DNA of 64,000 nucleotides from contig NC_092352.1 of the NCBI RefSeq assembly GCF_963676685.1, forward strand, positions 83,514,001 through 83,578,000, in the 5' to 3' direction. This DNA is from Mytilus edulis. Lineage: Eukaryota. The first letter of the stretch is position 1, and each line of letters begins with the position of its first letter. The notes under the pieces were generated by a model. The model ran no database searches. It was not told the origin of the DNA and saw nothing but the letters and a program-made list of their open reading frames with translations. Shown in pieces: positions 50,943-63,885 of this stretch. The translations under genes were made by a program, and so were the position numbers.

Positions 50943-51745
50943 GTTTTGATGGATCCTGTTGGATAGGTGATGGAACTACCAAAGTTTTACAAAAAATAAA
51001 TATTGATGGAAATAACCCTTCTACATTATATACCATAAAGACGGGAATCAGAGGAATATCAATTACTCCTGATGGCGATATTCTTCTCGCTAATGCAACA
51101 CCGAGGGTTAAACGTATCAAAAGAACCAGTGGAAAAGTCAAGGAGTCAAAGTACAGCGTGGACGCGTTGTCGATAATATCAGTCCATGTTACAAGAGACC
51201 ATAAAATTATTGTAGGAGCAAAGAGTCCTGGTGAAGTTATACCGGTCACAGGAAGAAGAGTGATGATTGTAATGGATAAAGACGGGGTCCATGAAGCTGT
51301 GTATGAGTATGATAAAAACAAACAGAGATTACTGACATTTCCAAACAGCATAACCAGCACTAACGACGGAAGTATCTTTATCGCAGATTTTACTCAGTCT
51401 GATAAAAGTAACAGCAGAATATTGGCACTGAATAAAGATGGAAGTACAATAGATACATACACTGGGCATCCAGATTTAAACGATAAAAATCAGCCATTTG
51501 AACCGGTTATTATAGCAAGTACACTTTTAGATAACATTATCATAGCAGATGTAAATTGCCATGCATTTCATATTCTTGACAATTCTTGTAACCTGATAAC
51601 CTACTATAAAACTAGAGACATAGGTATAGAGTATCCATACTGTGTTGCTTTTACTAGTGCCACAACATTTTACCTTGGATGTTCACAACCAGTGAACAGT
51701 GTCACAAATGCTAAACTTTATGAGATTGAATATTCAGGTTTCTGA
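50943..51745 (+). pseudogene. RING-less TRIM-like copy 3, 3' part (beta-propeller)
   Basis: Open frame (C)FDGSCWIGDGTTKVLQK...NAKLYEIEYSGF*. Joined to 41995-42883 it gives a 563-aa protein colinear with the paralogs. Confidence 0.9.
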
Positions 51746-52165
51746 AACCTATTATCGCAAACGTTTTCAGCATGCATCAACAGCTGTAGATTCAAGCTAC
51801 ATGTATTATAATTATGTATACAGACTGTAGAAATCAATAAACTTCTCCAAGAAGCTGTGTTGTTTAATCGCACTCCTTAACTATCAGATAGGATGTCCAT
51901 GAATATTGTATCAAATCAAGTGAAAGCAATGAAGAAGTTACATGTACGTAAAAATAAGTAATTTTCACCTTATTGATAAATTGAAATAAACTTTCACAAA
52001 CATACAATAACAATGAAATAGATTAGTCACCTATTTATTTTCCATTCAAAATGCAACTTTTATGAAGACTTCATAGGGTGTTTTTTTTTTTTTTTTTGTT
52101 AAAAAAAAACACCTATGCATAATAATGAGTACAAGGAACCGATAACTAAATAACATATAACACAA

Positions 52166-52209
52166 GCGTCACTGATGAGTCTTATGAAGACGAAACGCGC
52201 GTCTGGCGT
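52166..52209 (+). ncRNA. Type I hammerhead ribozyme with intact core, in a short retrozyme fragment (to ~52244)
   Basis: GCGTCA-CTGATGA-GTCTT atg AAGAC-GAAA-C GCGC G-TC^-TGGCGT. All core nucleotides are present and stems I, II and III pair. Confidence 0.85.
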
Positions 52210-52899
52210 ACTAAATTATAATCCTGGTACCTTTGATAACTATTAACAAACATTCCTGCAGGCAGCATATTTGAAGTGTGCATTTCCATGTATACAAAAA
52301 ATTGATTCAGAAGGATTATCATTTATGTCAGATTTATCTTATAATTGACAACAAATAGATGCAGTTTCGTGATAGAAAATATCTCTCGAAAACTGCAAAT
52401 CCAATGCAAAAAGAAATAAAAAGCAAAATGCAAAACAACACGTTATAAAGTGCATGCGTCAAAAGGACTCTTCTCGATTTAGTTTCAACTGCCATATTTC
52501 TGACTTGGTAAATATAGAAAATGGTGGACTAAATCTAGTTGAATAGCTAGCTACTAAGTAAACCCATCACTTGTAGGACAGTCGCATAGAATTCCATTAT
52601 AGTTAAAACAATGTGCGAGCAAATCAAACCGACATATAAGTAGAATTGCTAAACATTTGGGTACAACAGTCAACATTGTTTTATATATTAACCACTATAA
52701 ACATAAATAATTATTCCAACAAAGGAAAAAAATAGTATATAGACAAAGTATATAAGAAAAAAATACCATAGAACAATAATAAAATGGCAGGGACTATGTA
52801 TAGAGCCGCCACGCCAAACGTATATTTCCAAAAATGGACTAAACAGTATAGTTTAGAAACATACAAATACAAGTAAACAGAACAAAAAAAGAAACAACG

Positions 52900-54030
52900 T
52901 CAGTACTTAGAATCTATGACACATGTTCATCAACATTCTGCCTAACTGGTGACGTTTTATAAAGTCTGAGTTGCAACTTTAAGCACTTGAAAACCGAATT
53001 ATCTGGAAAAATGTATATCCCATATGCAATTTACGTTGCTGCTATAGTGGTCGAAAATTTAAATTTCAAAATTAAAATTGTCTCGTCTGTCATAGATTCT
53101 GGTACTAAGATGACCGATTATTTCAAATTCAAGGTATAAATCTAAAAATGAGGCGGTGGCCGTGTATGTTGTTCCTTTAATTTCAAGTTCTGAGGGATTT
53201 ATACATCAAAAAGCATTGTAGATTGTTGATTATTTTTTTTTTTGACAATTTTTCGTATTCATATGGGGAATGGTGGGTTACAGTGTTCAATAATCAAAAG
53301 TTCTAATAGAATTAATTTCAGAGAATGATCGAAATTCAAAATTATCCAGAAGTTTGTTAAGATTTTTTAGAATCCTTATATGGTTTATAACACTATGCTT
53401 GTGAATAGTTTGACAGTATTTCTGAAGACCCCCTTTCAAAACTGAATTGGAAAGAATTTCCTCTTTTCACTATGTAATGGTTCCGATATAGCTGGTTTAA
53501 AAAGACGGAAAATAGCTACATCACAAATTTTACTGATTAGTCTGTATATTGGGGAAAATGTATTTATGCATTTCCTTGTCGAGTACATAATATCTCAAAC
53601 ATTTTAGAAAATAGAGGATAGCAAAAAATAATTAGCTTTATCAAATCTCTCAGATTGTGATCTAAATTTGTAAGACTCTTTTTTTAAATTGACACGATGG
53701 AAAAATGTTTTTGCCAAAGACTAAACTGTGGTCCTGAGGTAGTATTCAGTATGCTCATTACATTAACATCACTGAAGTCTGGACTTTACAAAAATTCTAC
53801 ACCTTTGATGTTATCATTGCTACCATAGGGCATTGCAGTATCTAGAACCTTTATCCAAATAAATTTTTCATAACTGTTTATAAAAATGTGCAAACAGCAG
53901 GCTTAAAGATCATGCTTCTACCAGTGATTTTTTTGGACTTCGTTTCGTCAATATAGCAACCCCAGTTTCGTGTGTTTCTGAAATATAAACATTATTTGGT
54001 TGTTATTAATAATTTCAAATAATCCAATAA
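52900..54030 (-). mobile_element. Second decayed, internally deleted Penelope-like element; further fragment at ~30270-30470
   Basis: The minus strand reads ASFLDLYLEF..HLSTRIYDRRDNFNFEI (~53155-53065), an RT thumb region similar to the 39200-39320 segment. A degenerate GIY-YIG-like stretch lies near 53950. Confidence 0.55.
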
Positions 54031-54636
54031 TACCGAACCTAGAAGCATAAGTCTTTTTTCACATTAAACGTTAGGTTTGTATCTATCAATTTATGATTGT
54101 AGAGTTGAAATAGCGTATATAACATGCGAATATCATATCAACTGGCAACTATAACCCTATGGCTATAATAGCTACCTTTTAACCTCAAAATTTAATTTTG
54201 TGTATCTGAATTTTTTTAAGCCATATCATGTTTTAGACAAACAAATTCAAATGCATTTCATGTTTTAGAAAATGAAAAGGTTTGATACTGTTTTTGTCCC
54301 TTCAGATCATTTATCCCATTTCTCTGGAAAATAGAAACACACATATAGATAAATAACAACAAATAATGAATGGTCCATATCACCTGATTGTCTCAAAATC
54401 TGGTTGAGTTCAACCAATTTTCATGCAAACCTTTCATCCCAGTTGGTTTTGCTGATCCATATTTTGTAAAAAGGCAAAACACATAATACATTTTTTGTTG
54501 ACAAAGAGACACTTTATTGTAATTTGAAAGTATAAAGTAAATAGTAAAATCAAAATGGAAATACATGTAAACTATTCCAAGCATTCAAGCAAGATAAATG
54601 AACCATTACCAAAGATGCAGGGCTAAACAATCTCTA

Positions 54637-54960
54637 TTTCCGCCGAGGGTATCACCAGCCCAGTAGTCAGCTTTTTTGAGCTGACATGATTTATCATTGA
54701 CATAGTTATATTTATAAATTTACTGTTCACAAAATTTTTAATTTTTTAAATACTAAGGCTTTTCTACCTCAGGCATAGATTACCTTAGCTGAATTTGGCA
54801 AAAGATTTAGAAATTTTGGTGCTCAATGGTCTTCAAATTCGTACTTTATTTGGTCTTTTTAACTTTTTGGATTGGAGCGTCAGTGATGAGTCTTTTGTAG
54901 ACGAAAAGCGCTTCTGGCGTATATACAAAATTTAGTCCCGGTATCTATGATGAGTTTATT
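54637..54960 (+). mobile_element. Retrozyme copy, 5'-truncated, with a mutated hammerhead at 54877-54920
   Basis: Homologous to 29015-29300. Core reads GTGATGA..GAAA-A GCGC T-TC. Confidence 0.72.
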
Positions 54961-56569
54961 TGGGAATGATTAATGTCAATGCTAATGAAACAGCATATCA
55001 TTTACCCTAAACTTACCACAAATCATTCCTTAGAAAAAATAAGTAAAATCACAAAAATACTGAACCTGAGGAAAATTTAATCGGAAAATCCTAATAACTT
55101 GTCAAAATCAAATGACGAAACATCAAACAAATAGACAACTTGTATCTCTATAGAAGTCGCTCCTCACTATCCTACTACCTGTCGATACATTTATTTTTGG
55201 CATTGCACAAGTCATGTCCTCTCTGTCTGTTCATGACGTTAAAATACTAAATCCCTGGGATGTGTTTTACTAGATCTTAGTCTCTGATGCATGATTTTTT
55301 TTATTATTAATTGTTTTTGGCCTTTAACTAGCTGTCAGTAACTGTGAGTACTCTCAAATCGTATTTTCTTGTTAATTCGATCTGTTGATACTGTTTATAA
55401 TGCTTTTTTGTTATTTTATATTAATATGGATCTTGTCTATATACCAGCTTTTATTACTTGGAATATATTCTAAGTTTCACTTCTTCTTACTACATTTATA
55501 TAAACTTCAAGATTTACCTGTATTTTTTTAAAACCGTTTTTTTTTTCTAAAGTGAATATTTTTGAAGGGTTAAATATTTCGTAATGGTGACTTGCCATGG
55601 CTTTGTTTGGACTTGTTTGTTTGCTTTTTGGCCTTGAATGTTTGTCCCTAATATTTTATTAACTGTGCATTTGCATTCAGATACCGCAGATCAAATTTAT
55701 TCCTTTATAGTGTATTAATGTACGTTTTTTGATTGAGTTAAGCCTGCCAATTGATATTTTACCCTGTGTGTTTCTATGTTGTGATGTTATGCTATTGTTT
55801 CAGAAAAGGGGAGAAGGTTTGGATCCATTAAAACGTTTAATCCTGCTGCAAATGTTTGCACCTGTCCTAAGTCAGGAATTTGATGTACAGTAGTTGTCGT
55901 TTGTTTATATAATTTATACGTGTTTCTCGTTTCTCAGTTTTTTATTTTATATAGATTAGACCGTTGGTTTTCCCGTTTGAATGGTTTTACACTAGTAATT
56001 GTGGGGCCCTTTATAGCTTGTTGTTCAGTGTGAGCCAATGCTCCGTGTTGAAGGCCGTACTTTGACCTATAATGGTTTACTTTTTTTTAAATTGTTTTTT
56101 TTTGGATGGAGAGTTGTCTCATTGGCACTCACACCACATCTTCCTATATCTAACAACTGTCATATTTCTGACTTGGTACATGCATTTTCAAATGTAGAAA
56201 ATAGTGGATTGAACATGGTTTTATAGCACTAAACCTCTCACTTGTACAAGTCTCATCAAAGTACAATGATGCATGAACAAAATGTCACAAATAGGGGTAC
56301 AAAAACAACACAGACCCCTACAAAAACTGGGGATGACTTCAGGTGCTATATAAGGGAAGAAGACCTGACCCAAGTACAAAGTTTATTAAAGTTTCAAAGT
56401 CAATGAGTCATGATGAGGGGCAGGGTCATATAATCTCCATGAAAATGACACTAGCAAATTGTTATACAACTGTAAACCAATAAAGGTAACACTGTAACAG
56501 TAGTATACTGCTGTTCAAAAGTTATTAATCGATTGACAGAAAACAAACAATATCACTGACTTGCAATTA

Positions 56570-59500
56570 GTTGATAAATCACATTCTGTCTGCCTGTCTC
56601 AAGTCAGAAACCAGTAAATCAGGGGTTGTCATTAGTTGATAAACCACATTCTGTCTGTGCCTGTCTCAAGTCAGAAACCAGTAAATCAGGGGTTGTCATT
56701 AGTTGATAAACCACATTCTGTCTGTGCCTGTCTCAAGTCAGAAACCAGTAAATCAGGGGTTGTCATTAGTTGATAAACCACATTCTGTCTGTGCCTGTCT
56801 CAAGTCAGAAACCAGTAAATCAGGGGTTGTCATTAGTTGATAAACCACATTCTGTCTGTGCCTGTCTCAAGTCAGAAACCAGTAAATCAGGGGTTGTCAT
56901 TAGTTGATAAACCACATTCTGTCTGTGCCTGTCTCAAGTCAGAAACAAGTAAATCAGGGGTTGTCATTAGTTGATAAACCACATTCTGTCTGTGCCTGTC
57001 TCAAGTCAGAAACCAGTAAATCAGGGGTTGTCATTAGTTGATAAACCACATTCTGTCTGTGCCTGTCTCAAGTCAGAAACCAGTAAATCAGGGGTTGTCA
57101 TTAGTTGATAAACCACATTCTGTCTGTGCCTGTCTCAAGTCAGAAACCAGTTAATCAGGGGTTGTCATTAGTTGATAAACCACATTCTGTCTGTGCCTGT
57201 CTCAAGTCAGAAACCAGTTAATCAGGGGTTGTCATTAGTTGATAAACCACATTCTGTCTGTGCCTGTCTCAAGTCAGAAACCAGTAAATCAGGGGTTGTC
57301 ATTAGTTGATAAACCACATTCTGTCTGTGCCTGTCTCAAGTCAGAAACCAGTAAATCAGGGGTTGTCATTAGTTGATAAACCACATTCTGTCTGTGCCTG
57401 TCTCAAGTCAGAAACCAGTAAATCAGGGGTTGTCATTAGTTGATAAACCACATTCTGTCTGTGCCTGTCTCAAGTCAGAAACCAGTAAATCAGGGGTTGT
57501 CATTAGTTGATAAACCACATTCTGTCTGTGCCTGTCTCAAGTCAGAAACCAGTAAATCAGGGGTTGTCATTAGTTGATAAACCACATTCTGTCTGTGCCT
57601 GTCTCAAGTCAGAAACCAGTAAATCAGGGGTTGTCATTAGTTGATAAACCACATTCTGTCTGTGCCTGTCTCAAGTCAGAAACCAGTAAATCAGGGGTTG
57701 TCATTAGTTGATAAACCACATTCTGTCCGTGCCTGTCTCAAGTCAGAAACCAGTAAATCAGGGGTTGTCATTAGTTGATAAACCACATTCTGTCCGTGCC
57801 TGTCTCAAGTCAGAAACCAGTAAATCAGGGGTTGTCATTAGTTGATAAACCACATTCTGTCCGTGCCTGTCTCAAGTCAGAAACCAGTAAATCAGGGGTT
57901 GTCATTAGTTGATAAACCACATTCTGTCTGTGCCTGTCTCAAGTCAGAAACCAGTAAATCAGGGGTTGTCATTAGTTGATAAACCACATTCTGTCCGTGC
58001 CTGTCTCAAGTCAGAAACCAGTAAATCAGGGGTTGTCATTAGTTGATAAACCACATTCTGTCTGTGCCTGTCTCAAGTCAGAAACCAGTAAATCAGGGGT
58101 TGTCATTAGTTGATAAACCACATTCTGTCTGTGCCTGTCTCAAGTCAGAAACCAGTAAATCAGGGGTTGTCATTAGTTGATAAACCACATTCTGTCTGTG
58201 CCTGTCTCAAGTCAGAAACCAGTAAATCAGGGGTTGTCATTAGTTGATAAACCACATTCTGTCTGTGCCTGTCTCAAGTCAGAAACCAGTAAATCAGGGG
58301 TTGTCATTAGTTGATAAACCACATTCTGTCTGTGCCTGTCTCAAGTCAGAAACCAGTTAATCAGTGGTTGTCATTAGTTGATAAACCACATTCTGTCTGT
58401 GCCTGTCTCAAGTCAGAAACCAGTTAATCAGGGGTTGTCATTAGTTGATAAACACCACATTCTGTCTGTGCCTGTCTCAAGTCAGAAACCAGTTAATCAG
58501 GGGTTGTCATTAGTTGATAAACACCACATTCTGTCTGTGCCTGTCTCAAGTCAGAAACCAGTTAATCAGGGGTTGTCATTAGTTGATAAACCACATTCTG
58601 TCTGTGCCTGTCTCAAGTCAGAAACCAGTAAATCAGGGGTTGTCATTAGTTGATAAACCACATTCTGTCTGTGCCTGTCTCAAGTCAGAAACCAGTAAAT
58701 CAGGGGTTGTCATTAGTTGATAAACCACATTCTGTCTGTGCCTGTCTCAAGTCAGAAACCAGTAAATCAGGGGTTGTCATTAGTTGATAAACCACATTCT
58801 GTCTGTGCCTGTCTCAAGTCAGAAACCAGTAAATCAGGGGTTGTCATTAGTTGATAAACCACATTCTGTCTGTGCCTGTCTCAAGTCAGAAACCAGTAAA
58901 TCAGGGGTTGTCATTAGTTGATAAACCACATTCTGTCTGTGCCTGTCTCAAGTCAGAAACCAGTAAATCAGGGGTTGTCATTAGTTGATAAACCACATTC
59001 TGTCTGTGCCTGTCTCAAGTCAGAAACCAGTAAATCAGGGGTTGTCATTAGTTGATAAACCACATTCTGTCTGTGCCTGTCTCAAGTCAGAAACCAGTAA
59101 ATCAGGGGTTGTCATTAGTTGATAAACCACATTCTGTCTGTGCCTGTCTCAAGTCAGAAACCAGTAAATCAGGGGTTGTCATTAGTTGATAAACCACATT
59201 CTGTCTGTGCCTGTCTCAAGTCAGAAACCAGTAAATCAGGGGTTGTCATTAGTTGATAAACCACATTCTGTCTGTGCCTGTCTCAAGTCAGAAACCAGTA
59301 AATCAGGGGTTGTCATTAGTTGATAAACCACATTCTGTCTGTGCCTGTCTCAAGTCAGAAACCAGTAAATCAGGGGTTGTCATTAGTTGATAAACCACAT
59401 TCTGTCTGTGCCTGTCTCAAGTCAGAAACCAGTTAATCAGGAGTTGTCATTAGTTGATAAACCACATTCTGTCTGTGCCTGTCTCAAGTCAGAAACCAGT

Positions 59501-62500
59501 TAATCAGGGGTTGTCATTAGTTGATAAACACCACATTCTGTCTGTGCCTGTCTCAAGTCAGAAACCAGTTAATCAGGGGTTGTCATTAGTTGATAAACCA
59601 CATTCTGTCTGTGCCTGTCTCAAGTCAGAAACCAGTAAATCAGGGGTTGTCATTAGTTGATAAACCACATTCTGTCTGTGCCTGTCTCAAGTCAGAAACC
59701 AGTAAATCAGGGGTTGTCATTAGTTGATAAACCACATTCTGTCTGTGCCTGTCTCAAGTCAGAAACCAGTAAATCAGGGGTTGTCATTAGTTGATAAACC
59801 ACATTCTGTCTGTGCCTGTCTCAAGTCAGAAACCAGTAAATCAGGGGTTGTCATTAGTTGATAAACCACATTCTGTCTGTGCCTGTCTCAAGTCAGAAAC
59901 CAGTAATTCAGGGGTTGTCATTAGTTGATAAACCACATTCTCTCTGTGCCTGTCTCAAGTCAGAAACCAGTAAATCAGGGGTTGTCATTAGTTGATAAAC
60001 CACATTCTCTCTGTGCCTGTCTCAAGTCAGAAACCAGTAAATCAGGGGTTGTCATTAGTTGATAAACCACATTCTGTCTGTGCCTGTCTCAAGTCAGAAA
60101 CCAGTAAATCAGGGGTTGTCATTAGTTGATAAACCACATTCTGTCTGTGCCTGTCTCAAGTCAGAAACCAGTAAATCAGGGGTTGTCATTAGTTGATAAA
60201 CCACATTCTGTCTGTGCCTGTCTCAAGTCAGAAACCAGTAAATCAGGGGTTGTCATTAGTTGATAAACCACATTCTGTCCGTGCCTGTCTCAAGTCAGAA
60301 ACCAGTAAATCAGGGGTTGTCATTAGTTGATAAACCACATTCTGTCCGTGCCTGTCTCAAGTCAGAAACCAGTAAATCAGGGGTTGTCATTAGTTGATAA
60401 ACCACATTCTGTCTGTGCCTGTCTCAAGTCAGAAACCAGTAAATCAGGGGTTGTCATTAGTTGATAAACCACATTCTGTCTGTGCCTGTCTCAAGTCAGA
60501 AACCAGTAAATCAGGGGTTGTCATTAGTTGATAAACCACATTCTGTCTGTGCCTGTCTCAAGTCAGAAACCAGTAAATCAGGGGTTGTCATTAGTTGATA
60601 AACCACATTCTGTCTGTGCCTGTCTCAAGTCAGAAACCAGTAAATCAGGGGTTGTCATTAGTTGATAAACCACATTCTGTCTGTGCCTGTCTCAAGTCAG
60701 AAACCAGTTAATCAGGGGTTGTCATTAGTTGATAAACCACATTCTGTCTGTGCCTGTCTCAAGTCAGAAACCAGTTAATCAGGGGTTGTCATTAGTTGAT
60801 AAACCACATTCTGTCTGTGCCTGTCTCAAGTCAGAAACCAGTTAATCAGGGGTTGTCATTAGTTGATAAACCACATTCTGTCTGTGCCTGTCTCAAGTCA
60901 GAAACCAGTTAATCAGGGGTTGTCATTAGTTGATAAACACCACATTCTGTCTGTGCCTGTCTCAAGTCAGAAACCAGTAAATCAGGGGTTGTCATTAGTT
61001 GATAAACCACATTCTGTCTGTGCCTGTCTCAAGTCAGAAACCAGTAAATCAGGGTTGTCATTAGTTGATAAACCACATTCTGTCTGTGCCTGTCTCAAGT
61101 CAGAAACCAGTAAATCAGGGGTTGTCATTAGTTGATAAACCACATTCTGTCTGTGCCTGTCTCAAGTCAGAAACCAGTAATTCAGGGGTTGTCATTAGTT
61201 GATAAACCACATTCTCTCTGTGCCTGTCTCAAGTCAGAAACCAGTAAATCAGGGGTTGTCATTAGTTGATAAACCACATTCTCTCTGTGCCTGTCTCAAG
61301 TCAGAAACCAGTAAATCAGGGGTTGTCATTAGTTGATAAACCACATTCTGTCTGTGCCTGTCTCAAGTCAGAAACCAGTAAATCAGGGGTTGTCATTAGT
61401 TGATAAACCACATTCTGTCTGTGCCTGTCTCAAGTCAGAAACCAGTAAATCAGGGGTTGTCATTAGTTGATAAACCACATTCTGTCTGTGCCTGTCTCAA
61501 GTCAGAAACCAGTAAATCAGGGGTTGTCATTAGTTGATAAACCACATTCTGTCTGTGCCTGTCTCAAGTCAGAAACCAGTAAATCAGGGGTTGTCATTAG
61601 CTGATAAACCACATTCTGTCTGTGCCTGTCTCAAGTCAGAAACCAGTTAATCAGGGGTTGTCATTAGTTGATAAACCACATTCTGTCTGTGCCTGTCTCA
61701 AGTCAGAAACCAGTTAATCAGGGGTTGTCATTAGTTGATAAACCACATTCTGTCTGTGCCTGTCTCAAGACAGAAACCAGTTAATCAGGGGTTGTCATTA
61801 GTTGATAAACCACATTCTGTCTGTGCCTGTCTCAAGTCAGAAACCAGTTAATCAGGGGTTGTCATTAGTTGATAAACCACATTCTGTCTGTGCCTGTCTC
61901 AAGTCAGAAACCAGTAAATCAGGGGTTGTCATTAGTTGATAAACCACATTCTGTCTGTGCCTGTCTCAAGTCAGAAACCAGTAAATCAGAGGTTGTCAAT
62001 AGTTGATAAACCACATTCTGTCTGTGCCTGTCTCAAGTCAGAAACCAGTAAATCAGGGGTTGTCATTAGTTGATAAACCACATTCTGTCTGTGCCTGTCT
62101 CAAGTCAGAAACCAGTAAATCAGGGGTTGTCATTAGTTGATAAACCACATTCTGTCTGTGCCTGTCTCAAGTCAGAAACCAGTAAATCAGGGGTTGTCAT
62201 TAGTTGATAAACCACATTCTGTCTGTGCCTGTCTCAAGTCAGAAACCAGTAAATCAGGGGTTGTCATTAGTTGATAAACCACATTCTGTCTGTGCCTGTC
62301 TCAAGTCAGAAACCAGTAAATCAGGGGTTGTCATTAGTTGATAAACCACATTCTGTCTGTGCCTGTCTCAAGTCAGAAACCAGTAAATCAGGGGTTGTCA
62401 TTAGTTGATAAACCACATTCTGTCTGTGCCTGTCTCAAGTCAGAAACCAGTAAATCAGGGTTGTCACTAGTTGATAAACCACATTCTGTCTGTGCCTGTC

Positions 62501-63885
62501 TCAAGTCAGAAACCAGTAAATCAGGGGTTGTCACTAGTTGATAAACCACATTCTGTCTGTGCCTGTCTCAAGTCAGAAACCAGTAAATCAGGGGTTGTCA
62601 TTAGTTGATAAACCACATTCTGTCTGTGCCTGTCTCAAGTCAGAAACCAGTAAATCAGGGGTTGTCACTAGTTGATAAACCACATTCTGTCTGTGCCTGT
62701 CTCAAGTCAGAAACCAGTAAATCAGGGGTTGTCATTAGTTGATAAACCACATTCTGTCTGTGCCTGTCTCAAGTCAGAAACCAGTAAATCAGGGGTTGTC
62801 ATTAGTTGATAAACCACATTCTGTCTGTGCCTGTCTCAAGTCAGAAACCAGTAAATCAGGGGTTGTCATTAGTTGATAAACCACATTCTGTCTGTGCCTG
62901 TCTCAAGTCAGAAACCAGTAAATCAGGGGTTGTCATTAGTTCATAAACCACATTCTGTCTGTGCCTGTCTCAAGTCAGAAACCAGTAAATCAGGGGTTGT
63001 CATTAGTTGATAAACCACATTCTGTCTGTGCCTGTCTCAAGTCAGAAACCAGTAAATCAGGGGTTGTCATTAGTTGATAAACCACATTCTGTCTGTGCCT
63101 GTCTCAAGTCAGAAACCAGTAAATCAGGGGTTGTCATTAGTTGATAAACCACATTCTGTCTGTGCCTGTCTCAAGTCAGAAACCAGTAAATCAGGGGTTG
63201 TCATTAGTTGATAAACCACATTCTGTCTGTGCCTGTCTCAAGTCAGAAACCAGTAAATCAGGGGTTGTCATTAGTTGATAAACCACATTCTGTCTGTGCC
63301 TGTCTCAAGTCAGAAACCAGTAAATCAGGGGTTGTCATTAGTTGATAAACCACATTCTGTCTGTGCCTGTCTCAAGTCAGAAACCAGTAAATCAGGGGTT
63401 GTCATTAGTTGATAAACCACATTCTCTCTGTGCCTGTCTCAAGTCAGAAACCAGTAAATCAGGGGTTGTCATTAGTTGATAAACCACATTCTGTCTGTGC
63501 CTGTCTCAAGTCAGAAACCAGTAAATCAGGGATTGTCATTAGTTGATAAACCACATTCTGTCTGTGCCTGTCTCAAGTCAGAAACCAGTAAATCAGGGGT
63601 TGTCATTAGTTGATAAACCACATTCTGTCTGTGCCTGTCTCAAGTCAGAAACCAGTAAATCAGGGGTTGTCATTAGTTGATAAACCACATTCTGTCTGTG
63701 CCTGTCTCAAGTCAGAAACCAGTAAATCAGGGGTTGTCATTAGTTGATAAACCACATTCTGTCTGTGCCTGTCTCAAGTCAGAAACCAGTAAATCAGGGG
63801 TTGTCATTAGTTGATAAACCACATTCTGTCTGTGCCTGTCTCAAGTCAGAAACCAGTAAATCAGGGGTTGTCATTAGTTGATAAA
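56570..63885 (+). repeat. Tandem satellite, 67-bp monomer, about 109 copies
   Basis: Monomer CCACATTCTGTCTGTGCCTGTCTCAAGTCAGAAACCAGTAAATCAGGGGTTGTCATTAGTTGATAAA (e.g. starts at 56711 and 56778). Very homogeneous. Confidence 0.98.

Noticed and set aside
42876-50945. Canonical 8-bp P-element TSD
   Set aside because: The flanks ATCTGTTT and TGTTTGTT do not match, and an 8-bp TSD would delete the conserved Cys codon of the host gene.
20152-51360. Antisense ORFs over the TRIM, ZF and transposase genes (e.g. 20491..20883, 27354..27569, 42543..42851, 50929..51360)
   Set aside because: These are shadows of the real coding strand and show no independent features.
56570-63885. CRISPR array, or protein-coding ORFs (58378, 59454, 60863, 62338)
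   Set aside because: Head-to-tail monomers with no unique spacers and no cas genes. The ORFs arise from indel variants of the repeat.
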